DNA of 64,000 nucleotides from contig OX597821.1 in the NCBI GenBank assembly GCA_951406725.2, forward strand, positions 25,420,001 through 25,484,000, written 5' to 3'. The notes under the pieces were generated by a model. The model was not told the DNA's origin. It searched no databases and worked only from the letters and a program-made list of their open reading frames with translations. The position numbers were made by a program, and so were the translations under genes. Origin of the DNA: Octopus vulgaris (lineage: Eukaryota). Shown here piece by piece: positions 52,051 to 62,740 of this stretch. The stretch's first letter is position 1. Every line of letters starts with the position of its first letter.

Positions 52051-54918
52051 TCATCATTATTATCATCATCGTTTAGCGCCCGCTTTCCATGCTAGCATGG
52101 GTTGGACGGTTCAACTGGGGTCTGGCAAGCCAGAAGGCTGCACCAGGCCCAGTCTGATCTGGCAATGTTTCTACGGCTGGATGCCCTTCCTATATATATA
52201 TATTATGCGTGTGTGTTTGTGTCTGTCCCCCCAACTACAATTGCTTGACAGCTGATGAAGACAACCTGATGAAGGTTGGAGGGCATATCAGCCAAAACAT
52301 TAACAACAAACAAGATGAGGCCAAATATCCGTCAAATGTAAATAACGTACATAATTCCTCATCTCTTAATTATAGAACTGTATTAACATTTTCAATTAGA
52401 ACATGGTGTACAGTATATATTTAGGCAGGCATATCAAGCTTCTGGCTTCAAAACCAAGCCCCACTATCGTATCTTCAATACTGAAAATTAATATTAATAT
52501 TTCAATCTTTGAGTAATATGAAGTGAAGAAGACGCAGTCAAATAGGTCGAAAACATTGATTTAAGACCAACAATGCCACCTTAGATTGATGTATGACCAA
52601 CTATGCAACTTAGTGAACAGATATCTGCAAAGAAAACAGCCACAACTTATCTAATACAACAGTGGCAGAGGGATCAGTTAGCTAGCCTCTCATAGTAAAT
52701 GATACTTAGCAGATAATGACAGTTGTACAAATTTCTTCAGGTTCACAGACATTAAAGCTCCAGAAGCTTCTCCTTTAAACAACTACTGTTCTCAATTTCA
52801 TTTGAATATTTTGATATGTCAGTGAGAACTAGCATAACTCTTTTACTGGGTTTTAGTTAATGGACTATGGCCATGCTGATTTATCGTTCATTACTGTGAC
52901 ATCTTGGAATCAATTAGGTAGCTATGGCACCAGTGAAAACTTCACTTTCAAGAGAAAACCATCAGTGGTTACAACAGTTTCCATTACATAGAGGTGAAGA
53001 GAAATATTTCTTTCCTTCTAATTACAAATTAATCCTTTAACCACAAAACTAAATTTCATCATTAGTCCAGTAATGGTGTTAAATGTCTACCAAAAATTAG
53101 AATTGATATTTTCTGCAAGTCATGTTGCCTCTATAAACTTGACATATTTTAACACACACACACAAAAAAAATAGTTTCAAACATGACATTCCAAGATAGA
53201 CTAGTGTATAAAACTGCTTTTCACAGTTAAGAGTAGTGAAATTTTGAGTGGATATATCTGATTTCTGCTGTAAATGGGTTAATTAAATAACAACATTGAA
53301 TATTTATACGCAACTGCTCTTTGGCCATTCAGCTGGTATACCAGCACTTTACCAATCTATCAAATATATCAGAATCACTTTTACTTTATATACACCTGGA
53401 AATCATCAAAACAGAAATGTGTCTTTAATAATTAACTGAAAAGAAGCTTACCTGGCCTTGGGTCCATACTGTTTGGCATTGACATCTGCCCAGCAGCTCC
53501 CCCTGGAGGCTACAATCATAAACACAAAAGTATTTACAATATCTAATTATGCAACAGAACATATTCTTATAAATCTTACAATTGCTTCACATTTTGTTTG
53601 TAGCAAACACTTTTCAAATATAGAAAGGTATGACCACCACCACCACCATCATCATCTACCATTTGTTTTTTATGCTGGCACAGGTTGGATGGTGTGACAG
53701 GAGCTGGCGCTAGGCAGAAGACTGCTCTGGGCTTCACTGTCTGTTTTGGCATGGGGGGTGGGGTACTCCCTAATGTCAACTACCTAAAAGAGTAGACCAT
53801 CAGGCTAAAATATTGATAAGCTAACTATAACAACTAAGTATTTATTATACAGTTAATATCTATTAGTTATATAATATACAATACGTATCAACATAAAAAT
53901 AATGCCCTCCTACTCTATCTTCAGCTATGTGAGCTTTTTAATCAAATTCCAGGATACTCTGTCATGTGTGTTATTAATCTAAACACATTACTTCACTCGG
54001 ATCACTCTTGGTTGTCACTCATAATTAAAAGGTTATTATTTAGCTTGCTACAGCTATGAAAATGTTCAGATTTTCAAAGTCATCAAACCCATGCTTGTAT
54101 GGACAAATACAAATTATCCAATTGCTTTTAGGCATTAGCAACAAAAAAAAGGGGTCAGTTGGAATTCAGGAAATGTGTGTGTGTGTGTGTACAGACACAC
54201 ACACACACACACACATTTCTCATGGAGTAAAAGGTTTAAAAAGTAATTTAAGCTTCATTGCTGGGTTTTCAATCCAGTTTCTATATAATTACTGTATGTT
54301 TAATGTCATCAAATCTCATTAAACAATAAAAGGGGGTGGGTATTATGAGGCTTTCCAATATGACAACCACATCACTCTAAACTCTGTCATCCTTCAAACA
54401 GAAGAACAGATCTCATTATCTAAAATGAAAGTCAACACATGTCCTAAAGTCTGCTGACATTGTATAAGTAATACATATCAATACAATGCTATATACATGT
54501 GTGTATGTGCATGTTTAATGCATGTCATGTCCCTGTACAGTACATCATATTTATATGGGTGTATATGTTGTATACAAGAATGTAGCAATACATGGTAATA
54601 TGTCATAGATTTTCATAGTTAGAACCAAGTTTTGTAGAATCTGAGTTAATATAAATTACTGATAATTTCTTATATAGCTGAAGAATATGATTCCCAAAAA
54701 TGATGACAGCTGTGATACTGATAATGGTGAGATACCTATAAACTCCACACTGGATAGTAAGGATTTTCAAGATGGTCCAGTAATATCTATTAACAAAAAC
54801 TGACAAGCTCAAAGAGGATATGGACATGAAATAAACTTACATTAAAATCTACTTGATTTGGCATCCGAACTGGTCCAGGGGCACGTGGGCCACCTGGAAA
54901 TCTGGGTGACATGAAGGG
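33859..54918 (-). CDS. SSBP3: SSBP2/3/4 family (Ssdp, single-stranded DNA-binding protein 3-like, LDB1 cofactor), partial; 11 coding exons A-K
   Basis: Hand-spliced exons 54841-54918, 53452-53509, 49483-49550, 47140-47216(47234), 45470-45515, 44260-44295, 42866-42920, 42470-42534, 37953-38019, 34748-34863 and 33859-33963. All have AG/GT ends and compatible phases. Motifs PFMSPR, PNSMDP, MQRMN, NYG, RPWP, YSS.SPG.Y, PGTPIMPSP.DST and PGTPR.D occur in the same order as in vertebrate SSBP3. The paralogue name is nominal for an invertebrate gene. Confidence 0.95.
34748..34863 (-). CDS. SSBP3: SSBP exon J: (G)EMDGMKSSPPNGPGTPREDLPPGSTGEIGGYSLGYQEN
   Basis: ctccag acceptor, AAC|gtaagt donor, 116 nt, phase 1-0; PGTPR.D motif. 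Confidence 0.93.
37953..38019 (-). CDS. SSBP3: SSBP exon I: FPPMGGPDGGMPMGADMPAVMN(G)
   Basis: ttgctag acceptor, ACG|gtaagt donor, 67 nt, phase 0-1. Confidence 0.92.
41490..42090. mobile_element. Cluster of three degenerate Meta-domain-like SINEs (-, +, -)
   Basis: 41490-41680 (-), 41700-41890 (+) and 41905-42090 (-), separated by (GAT)n/(TAA)n tails. Confidence 0.65.
42470..42534 (-). CDS. SSBP3: SSBP exon H: (D)STSSGDGMYGMMKASMPNMAG
   Basis: tttatag acceptor, GGG|gtgagt donor, 65 nt, phase 1-0; visible in ORF 42326..42625. Confidence 0.92.
42866..42920 (-). CDS. SSBP3: SSBP exon G: GPPATGGAPGTPIMPSPQ(D)
   Basis: ttttaag acceptor, AAG|gtaggg donor, 55 nt, phase 0-1; hallmark PGTPIMPSP motif. 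Confidence 0.94.
44260..44295 (-). CDS. SSBP3: SSBP exon F: INYSSASPGSYN
   Basis: ttttctag acceptor, AAT|gtaagt donor, 36 nt, phase 0-0; matches vertebrate IPYSSSSPGTYV. Confidence 0.92.
44611..45139 (+). mobile_element. CR1-clade LINE 3' fragment, 5'-truncated and internally deleted
   Basis: Translates to LERVQKLATHMVHGLKNLSYEERLKTLDL...RLRGHSEKL...RRGAFSIRVADPWNKLP, typical of the CR1/L2 ORF2 C-terminus; (AACT)n tail; flanking direct repeat ATGTTACACCT at 44600-44610 and 45140-45150. Confidence 0.85.
45470..45515 (-). CDS. SSBP3: SSBP exon E: (M)PGGQGNRPWPPTSSS
   Basis: ttttctcag acceptor, TCA|gtaagt donor, 46 nt, phase 2-0. Confidence 0.92.
46370..46565 (-). mobile_element. SINE/RTE-related tail, inverted
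   Basis: Reverse-complement similarity to 17390-17569. Confidence 0.7.
47140..47234 (-). CDS. SSBP3: SSBP exon D: [VYETIQ]NYGGIRGPPPNSMGPTAPGAMPPMS(M)
   Basis: CAT|gtaagt donor; two in-frame acceptors (tttctag, exon start 47234; atacag, exon start 47216); phase 0-2. Confidence 0.9.
47701..47915 (-). mobile_element. SINE (Meta-domain-like family)
   Basis: TTTATCGACCCCAAAAGGATGAAAGGCAAA...ATTTGAACTCAGAAC. Confidence 0.75.
47929..48334 (-). mobile_element. tRNA-derived SINE, near full length
   Basis: Reverse complement almost identical to 48700-49095; ORFs 48104..48346(+) and 48655..48924(-) give near-identical peptides. Confidence 0.9.
48690..49099 (+). mobile_element. tRNA-derived SINE, full length
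   Basis: Head GGCGCAGGAGTGGCTGTGTGGTAAG (A box)...GGGTTCAGTCCC (B box), internal (TA)/(TG) tract, AAGAGT tail. Confidence 0.9.
49483..49550 (-). CDS. SSBP3: SSBP exon C: (G)HPGIGPMQRMNHPGRMQGPINP
   Basis: ccaacag acceptor, CCA|gttagt donor, 68 nt, phase 1-0; visible inside ORF 49405..49641. Confidence 0.9.
50665..50985 (-). mobile_element. tRNA-derived SINE (family of 766-1137 / 13750-14050)
   Basis: CACTCCATCGGTTACGACGACGAGG...GGCTGAGTACTCCACAGAC...CCCTAACCACTGGGCCACGCACC; a second partial copy lies at about 50190-50340. Confidence 0.8.
52050..52192 (-). mobile_element. SINE/RTE-related tail, inverted
   Basis: Close reverse complement of 17435-17569. Confidence 0.85.
52260..52570 (+). mobile_element. 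Two Penelope-like terminal fragments with degenerate hammerhead cores
   Basis: CTGATGA-A-GGTTG..CAGCC-AAAA (52266-52297) and GTGAAGA-A-GAC..GTC-GAAA (52523-52552). Confidence 0.5.
53452..53509 (-). CDS. SSBP3: SSBP exon B: PPGGAAGQMSMPNSMDPRP(G)
   Basis: ttgtag acceptor, CAG|gtaagc donor, 58 nt, phase 0-1. Confidence 0.93.
54841..54918 (-). CDS. SSBP3: SSBP exon A: PFMSPRFPGGPRAPGPVRMPNQVDFN
   Basis: tttccag acceptor, AAT|gtaagt donor, 78 nt, phase 0-0; alternative donor CAA|gtagat 12 nt inside. Confidence 0.93.
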
Positions 54919-57900
54919 CTGGAAACAAAAGAGACATTCATTAAAGTTTATTGGTCCTTGAAATACATTTATATAGACTGAGAAGCTAGAAAATTACCTA
55001 AAAATATAAATATATTTTTTTAGTTTTACTGAAGGCCACAGTAGTAAATGATTAACATTATATCAATTAGTTGTTATTGATACTAGTTATCAGTTTTTAC
55101 TAATTAGTAAACATACATCTCTTGATCTTCCAATAATCCTAATATACTCATTATGTTCACTAATTGTCATATAGGCTTTTTATCAAGTTTGCACACTAAA
55201 ATCAGTCTTCATATTAACTGATGTTAATTTCCTAATTAATCCAGATAGTTATAAATATCAATATTACAGGAAGTAAAACAGTTGCACAAATAAATTCAGA
55301 CTCCCCCGCTATTTTTCAAGTCTGACTTGAAAAGCTACAAAAGAGATGGCATAGAGAAAAAATTTATGTAGTAATAATAACATTTGCATTATATGAATTA
55401 AATTAATAAAGAGTGGAATATTTTTAGGCCATAAATGGGAATTAAAAGTATAAAGGGTTTTGATGTGTCCGGAAGAATTTCTAAACTTTCCAATGTCACT
55501 CCAGAACTTCAACTAATAGCAAGATAGTCTGTCATAGAATTCCTATTAAGTTTTCCAATGAGAGAAATTACCTTAATTTGCAAAATCAATTAATGAAAAA
55601 ACATAAATGTATTTGAAAGTTAAGCAGACATGCTACTGGCTAAAGCATTCAACACAACCTGTACTCGAGAAAAGTGCCAACTGAAGTGTTTAGTGGCTTT
55701 AAAACCATTTGGCTTTGGCCATGCTGGAGCACCGCCAAGATTTTAGAAACTATGAATATCTTGCAGTAACGTAAGAAATTCTAATACTGAATGGAAATTA
55801 TATAAAGTCAGAAGGATCATTTTAATTCATTTGAGAAATATATTTTTTTTAAAAGTTCAAAAACAAAATTTAGTAAACATGATGAACTGGTGTTTTAATA
55901 CAAGGCAGCAGAATAAAACAAAAACAAAAAGAAGAAATAACAAAAAATAAACAGCTCTCAATCCACATTGACAGTTGTAAGAACAAGCATATAGGTTTTT
56001 TTTTGGTTTTTTTCAGTAATCATGCAGAGAACATTCCAACATCACTTACCAAACTTCATCTGTATGTACAGATGGGGCAAATTAAAAGTAAAATAAAACA
56101 AAAGAATACTCTGGAAACTAAAGATTTGTGTTACATCTCAACCATTATTGAATTAGAGAAAGTTTGGAGACTAGAGAGAGAGATTTCACATACACATTCA
56201 TTGGTCTTTAGCAGAAAACAAAGAGAGGGAGAGGGAGAGATATACAGGTGATAATTATGTTGATGACATCTACCTGGCCTTCCTGTCATAACAAGTGTCT
56301 TCTAAGTAGACTAACATGACCTTCATTTCTGTTTAGTCAAAGGGGACAACTGACCGACCAACTAGTTACTTATCTTCCATTCTTATCTTTCTCAGAACAT
56401 AAAAGAAACGGGTAGAAACCTATTTCCCACATGAGTAATGGTGGTTTGGCTATATTTCTGTTTGTCAATGTTCTTACATCGAGCTCTATAGACCACAGCT
56501 GGAACCCAAGTAAATGTAGACGTATAACTTGATATTTTTACCCAATATAATAGAAGCGTGTAGTCCATTTCTACTGGATGACTTCTACTAATTTTTTACA
56601 TGTCCAAATATAGCAGCATGAACTTGTTATACTAGTCTTTACATTTCAAAATGGCCTTGGTAAAGTAACAGTCATGAGGTGTGTTTACAGAAGAGAGACC
56701 ATGTAAAGGTTTATGAATTCACTTTTACAAACGAAAATTCTCAACTTATCAACATCGGTTTTTTAAGATGACAAAGGAAAGCACAAAATGTAAAACTGAA
56801 GTTGCTAATAATTACAATTCAGTGATATTTTAAAACTAGACTATATTCAATACAAATAATTTAGAATTTTGAGCCAGAATTCAAGTCAGATTGTTGGTTG
56901 AAGATTAGATGATGCAAATATGTACATGGAAGAGATACATGAAGTCACTGCTGCTATATTATTTGGGTTAGTGAAACAACAGAAATAGCCAAAAGCAGAA
57001 GAAATTGGAAGGACATGTCAATCACAGAAAAACGAGGTTTTATTTGCAGTTTTGATTCACGGAGCAGAAATAAAAATTAACTTTAGTGCAACAAATATAA
57101 CAATTCTTGAATGGGAGAATAGCTGTCTCAATTAATTAACTTTTGAAAAACAATTTAGGTTATATAGTGGTGGAATCTATCAGGAATTGTCTGTCTTTCG
57201 CAGGAGATAAAAAAAAAAACAATACTAATATAAACAAAAAGTTTTTAGCAGACAACAGCAAATAAGTATCAATATGGGTAATTAATGTTAAGACGGTGGA
57301 TATCTTAATGAATTTGAGATGGTTCATAAAGTACTCCGCTAATCTCCTCCCAACTTTCCTACTTTAATTTGTCTAATTGGGAAACAGAGAATTAAGATAA
57401 TCTCAACATCACCTGGTAAGAATGTACAATGTAGAGCTGACTGATGGCTAGTTAGCACACTAAGTGAACAAAGAACATGAACATGTTCAGCAGATCCCAT
57501 TTGTGACTAAATACAAACAATAAAACCCTAACAAAAAAGTCAGCTGGAGGTGGGTGCAGTACAGAGATGGTAAAGTATCACCAAAAGATATGGGGCAAAT
57601 TGAGGAGAATAATTTTAATCTCTCATCAGTCAGCTGGATAAAGGATGTGCATATTAGGTGACAATATAGGGTGCCATGCCAACAAGTGTCAAGGTTATAT
57701 AAAAAAAACAGTTGACCTTTACAGTTATTTTTTTAAACCTTTTTAGTCAAGGAGAGAAAGTTAGTACCCATGATCATTTAGTTTTTAGGACCTTTGAGAC
57801 AAGTGATAAAAATAAAGGGAAGAAGTTCTCAAAACCTAGTTAGAACGTATGCAACAGAGTACACACCACTTAAAGCACCCAAGGAAACAGATGACAATTT

Positions 57901-60061
57901 AAGGCTGAACTGAAACTGCTAATGACCCACTTCTTCGATTATACAAATATTCGACTTGCTTTCCTCTTGATCCTTAATTTTTGATTGAGTGCATGGAGGC
58001 AGGGCCGTCTCTAGGTTATGAGACATTCTGATCAAGAATTTAACCACAATGTCTACATATTACATACCACGTGCACAAAATAATGCAATGGCAGCATAAT
58101 AGAGACACATGTAGCGAAAATTTAAGCAAAACAGCTGGGGGTGACAGTGGAGTCTTATTTCTCCTTTATATATATTAAATTATATACCAGCCTGAAGGAA
58201 GTGAACATAAAAATGATGATGACGGTGATTATATATATGGCATGATAGCTAGATAGTGTATGAAGAGAGACTCCAGGATGGAGGGTAACTATAGAGAGGG
58301 GTATTGTTTGTAGAAATGGCTGGTCTAAACTCAGCACAGCAAGTTATTTGCTGATTCTGAAGTGACCCCCTAAATACAGTACTGAACCATTCCTAACATG
58401 CAGCATGTACTCGGACATTTACTGTTAAGAATTTCACCACAAATATAGCAAGCACTAGAAAGAGCTAACCTTATTTAACTGCTAGTATATCACACTACCA
58501 ACTGGACCATCAGTAACTTTATGTGTTTGAATGTATGTATCTACAAGTATATGAAAGAGTGTGTGTGTGTATGCATTACACAGAAAAGAAGAGTATCGAC
58601 AGGGTTCTGTTGATTTGCAGAGTATTTATGAGGTGCCTACCTAAAATACTAGATTTTCTTAAAAAAATATAAGGGGCTGAAACAGCACCCACATCCTGGA
58701 CATTGATAGCCAATATTGCATAACAGTGTGTGTGTGTGCGCAAGTGCACATGCATACATTGCTATAGTATAAATATCAATGTCAAATCCCCTGGAAGTTG
58801 ACTGACCAATATGGTATAGAAATTTTTTCTTTGTAAATATTTATTGCAAAGTTTATATTTTCAGAATATATAACTAAGTGAAAGATTTCATCTTTGGAGG
58901 CTGAATTTTTGAGAAATATTTCCTTTCAGCTGTTTTGATTAGTTTTGATCTCTTGTTGCTACTAACATATTCATCAACTGACATTTCACTGTACCTTGTT
59001 AGTTACACAATATCAGACTAGTTCCAAACTACAAACTTTTATTCGTTAACTGCAGCTAATTAAGATTGTATTTCCTAAACACTAAATTTAGGAGTAATTC
59101 TTGCATTATATGAGTCAGTATACACACACATCATTTTATGTCACTTGCCTGTGGGGGTCAGATGGAGTTTAGATTTTTCTAAGGCAGGATGCCCTTCCTG
59201 TAACCAAGCCTTACCTGTTTCCAACCAAGGTAATATTTTGTGAGAACATGTCTGGCTATGGGGGAAATATTAGAAATGAATGACACTGCTGCTTGTGTGA
59301 CTGTGACACTTGTTTACTACCATCATGTGATGTCAAGACAAGGAGACACAAAAACACACACTCACACAGAACTTCTTTCAGTTCCCATTTACCAAGGATT
59401 TGGTCAGGCCAGGACTTATAATACAAAACACTTGCTCATAACAGAAGGGCCAAATTGGAACCATGTGGTTGGGAAGCAAACTTCTAATCACACAGCCATG
59501 CCTGCATACATACACAAACATGTACATATTTAAATACAGTTCCTCGTACCAATGCTGGCTATTATCATATATAAGGTAAATGAAAACAATCGAGTGATAA
59601 CTAATGGAAACACTGTGGAGATGAAAATAATGGAAAAGAACATTTTCTATCTCTGAAACTGAGGTTAATAACCTGAAAAAATTATTATCCATATTTCTTT
59701 TCAGTTATGGGGTAAAAAATCCCAGCACAGGTTATCATGTGACTAGTTCCCATTTAAAATGTGACCAGCTCGTTAGTATTCGGATTACTCTGGCACATGG
59801 AATGTTGTTTCTTCACAATGTGTTCAATTAATTATGCATTACTTTTGTAGCTTCAAGATTTCAATGATATAATTATTTTCAGAATGACATTGTAAGGTAA
59901 GGTAGGAAAGGCCAGATCTGAAAAGTTTAAACACAAAACAAGTAGAATATTTGAACCAAATAAGGTTGGTTTAAATGCTAACAGGTTAATTTGCTGCAAG
60001 GAGGGGCTGTTCATATTCCTCCAAGACAAAGGTTATAGATATGTTAAAAATGATGATGGAT

Positions 60062-60115
<54 letters not shown>

Positions 60116-61394
60116 CACACACACACACATAAACAAAAAGATAAAATAATTTTTAGATCTCTGAGTATGCTTAGCCATTGCATAAACCTCAGCCTGCAAT
60201 CATATTCATTATTGTAATATTATCCTCGTTAGATTGGTATTATATCCCTCACCGATGCCTTTCAGAACAAATTGCAACAACTTCTACTTTCAGTTCTGAG
60301 AATGATGTGTGATAAACACGCATGTTTATCCCATATTTCTAACAAATACAATACACTAATTTTCCACAGATATTCAATCCTAATTTTAGCTTCCATTAGC
60401 TTTTCCTGTATACTAACATTTTAGAAACCAACTGTAGGAATCATAATTTCTGCAGTCTTATTTATCTAATTCCTCAATGTTATTATTATTATTATTATCA
60501 ACATCAAAAAATATATTGGAATCGATTTTTGAAATTTTATATAATACGTAGGAAATGGCTAAAATATTGAAATAAAACCACAGAAGGAAACCAAAATGGC
60601 ACTCTGTAAGACTTAAGTGCTAACATAAAGATGGTTGTAATTTTGGAGCATAAATATATAAGAATGGTCTCTGGTATTAGTCATAGTTCTATAACAGTAT
60701 AAAGATGGTACAGCATTAATCCACATAGTATGATTATATTTTTGAAATGCTTCAAGATTACTTTATTCTATTTCATAATATTTCCGGATGAATGTGTTGA
60801 GTTAACTAACCAACTATGATACAAAGCTGTTTTTTTGTTTTCTTTGTGGACAGAATTATATTGTAGAAGTAGCTATTTTGTTTAATATATTTCATGGTTG
60901 CAGAAGATTTATTAGGCTAACAAGTATAAGTTTATTTAACAGCAATGGCAGTGAAAAACTTAAATAGAAGAAACAAAGGGAAAATACATGCTATGGTCAG
61001 TTGATAACATTGACAACATACAAAGGTAAAACTGATTGACCATTTGATTATAATGAAGATGAGAAAGATTAAGCTGGTGAAAGAATGAGCAAGAGAAATA
61101 TAATGTGATCTGTGAGTTATTCTTATAGTATGTATATTTTATTGAATTCTTAAACTGCTGTATGCTTCTTTGTGTATATATATATACATACGTACGTACG
61201 TGTGTGTGTGCGTGCATGCATGCAAACAAACAAACACGCGCACACAAACATACATAGAGGATATGGTCAACCCAACCCACCAAAGAAGAAGGTGACTCCA
61301 AAGCGACTCTGAATAAGAATGATTTAAACTACAGAAACCCATTCAATCCTGGCCATGTAAAGTGATGATGACAATGATACGTTTGTACACACAC

Positions 61395-61560
61395 AGGTAT
61401 AGTATTGCGAAATGGTTAAGAAGTTTCCTTCAAAACCATGATGTCCCAAGTTCAATCCTACTGCACGGCATCTTAGGCAAATAGAATTTCCTATAGACTT
61501 GGGCCAACCCATACCTTGTGAGAGAAATCGAATAGGTGAAAACTGTATAGAAGCCTATTA
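61395..61560 (+). mobile_element. Degenerate SINE head (family of 48690)
   Basis: TGGTTAAGAAG...AGTTCAATCC...CATCTTAGGCAA...CTATAG...GGGCCAACC...CCTTGTGAG. Confidence 0.6.
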
Positions 61561-61984
61561 GATGGTTTGTATTTCTAATTGAAAACTACAGCTTTGTCAT
61601 ACACATGTTGATTCTTTCCTTAAGAATCACATTAAGGGCACATGTATCAATTGAATGGTTCCATTACCTACAAGCTGGTTTAACGAGCAGGAAATTCAGT
61701 TAATCAAGCAACAGAATACACACACACACACATAAGAGGAGATCAAATAGATTTTGGCAAATTAAATAGCAATTTCATAAATTTTTGGACAACATATTTG
61801 GCTTAAATATCACCTGGTGAAATGGGTTGATTGCATAACAATACTTATTTCTGTAATGTTGTCTAATATATTATATAAAGACTTTGTATTTTGGGAGTAG
61901 ACCATGCTATAGAAATACATGCAGTGAAGTTGTGAACTAGGTTTGTTTTTGCTTAAATGTGTATATATAAGAAACACGCATTAA

Positions 61985-62204
61985 CCCTTTCATTACCAAC
62001 CGGCTGAAACTGGCTCTCGCTCTTTAGTACAAATGTCTTGTTTTCATGAGTTTTGAATTCAAATCTTCCACCAAACCTTAGTCACAATTTATGTTCAAAA
62101 AAATAGCTTAATGATAACTAAGTTATTTTACTAAATTTTTTGTTATATTTAAAATAATTGAAAGAAACACAGAGCATCTCAAAATAAATACAGTAATGAA
62201 AGGG
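61985..62204. mobile_element. piggyBac-like MITE, about 220 bp
   Basis: TTAA|CCCTTTCATTAC ... GTAATGAAAGGG|TTTAA (12-bp TIR, TTAA-type target); a related degenerate copy lies at about 14096-14290. Confidence 0.8.
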
Positions 62205-62214
62205 TTTAACGCCT

Positions 62215-62740
62215 TCTCACTACTAAACTGCCTTTGTAACAAGGAATGGCATCGGGTCTGTCCATATTGAACAACATCCTTAACCACTACTCCTCTTTGC
62301 TACTAGCCATCATTTACTCTGCTCTACATCACTCTTTCATTACATCTACTACTTACATTCGCTTAACACTCTCCATATCTGCTGCTATCCACCACCCCCT
62401 TCTTACCATGTTATGCATCAATACTCTCCCTCTCGCTCTCTCTGTCACATTACTACCATTTCTGTCTCTATATAGTGTCATGTGCAACTCTCAATCACAC
62501 ACACATGACTCCCTCTTGGCTCACCATTCATTCCCACTATTCATTCCCCACTTCCTCCATCATGCTTCTCCAGTTGTCTTTCTATTTCAGCCTCTTGCCA
62601 ACAACCAGTGTGTAGCTGCTGTTACTGCCCTCCTTTTCCTGCTCCCATCAATAGGTTTCTCGCATCATGCTCTCTCACACTGGTTCTCTCTGACATCACC
62701 TTGTTGCGCATTAATCCTCTCAGTCACATTTTCTTGATCA
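62215..62740 (-). mobile_element. Highly degenerate RTE-like LINE ORF2 fragment
   Basis: Purine-rich minus strand with remnant IPCYKG (ATTCCTTGTTACAAAGGC), like the P.YKGKG motif that precedes the RT domain; many stops. Confidence 0.4.

Noticed and set aside
62246-62737. 163-aa hydrophobic ORF on the + strand
   Set aside because: Low-complexity S/L/H-rich antisense reading of a decayed LINE-like fragment; no recognisable domain or splice context.
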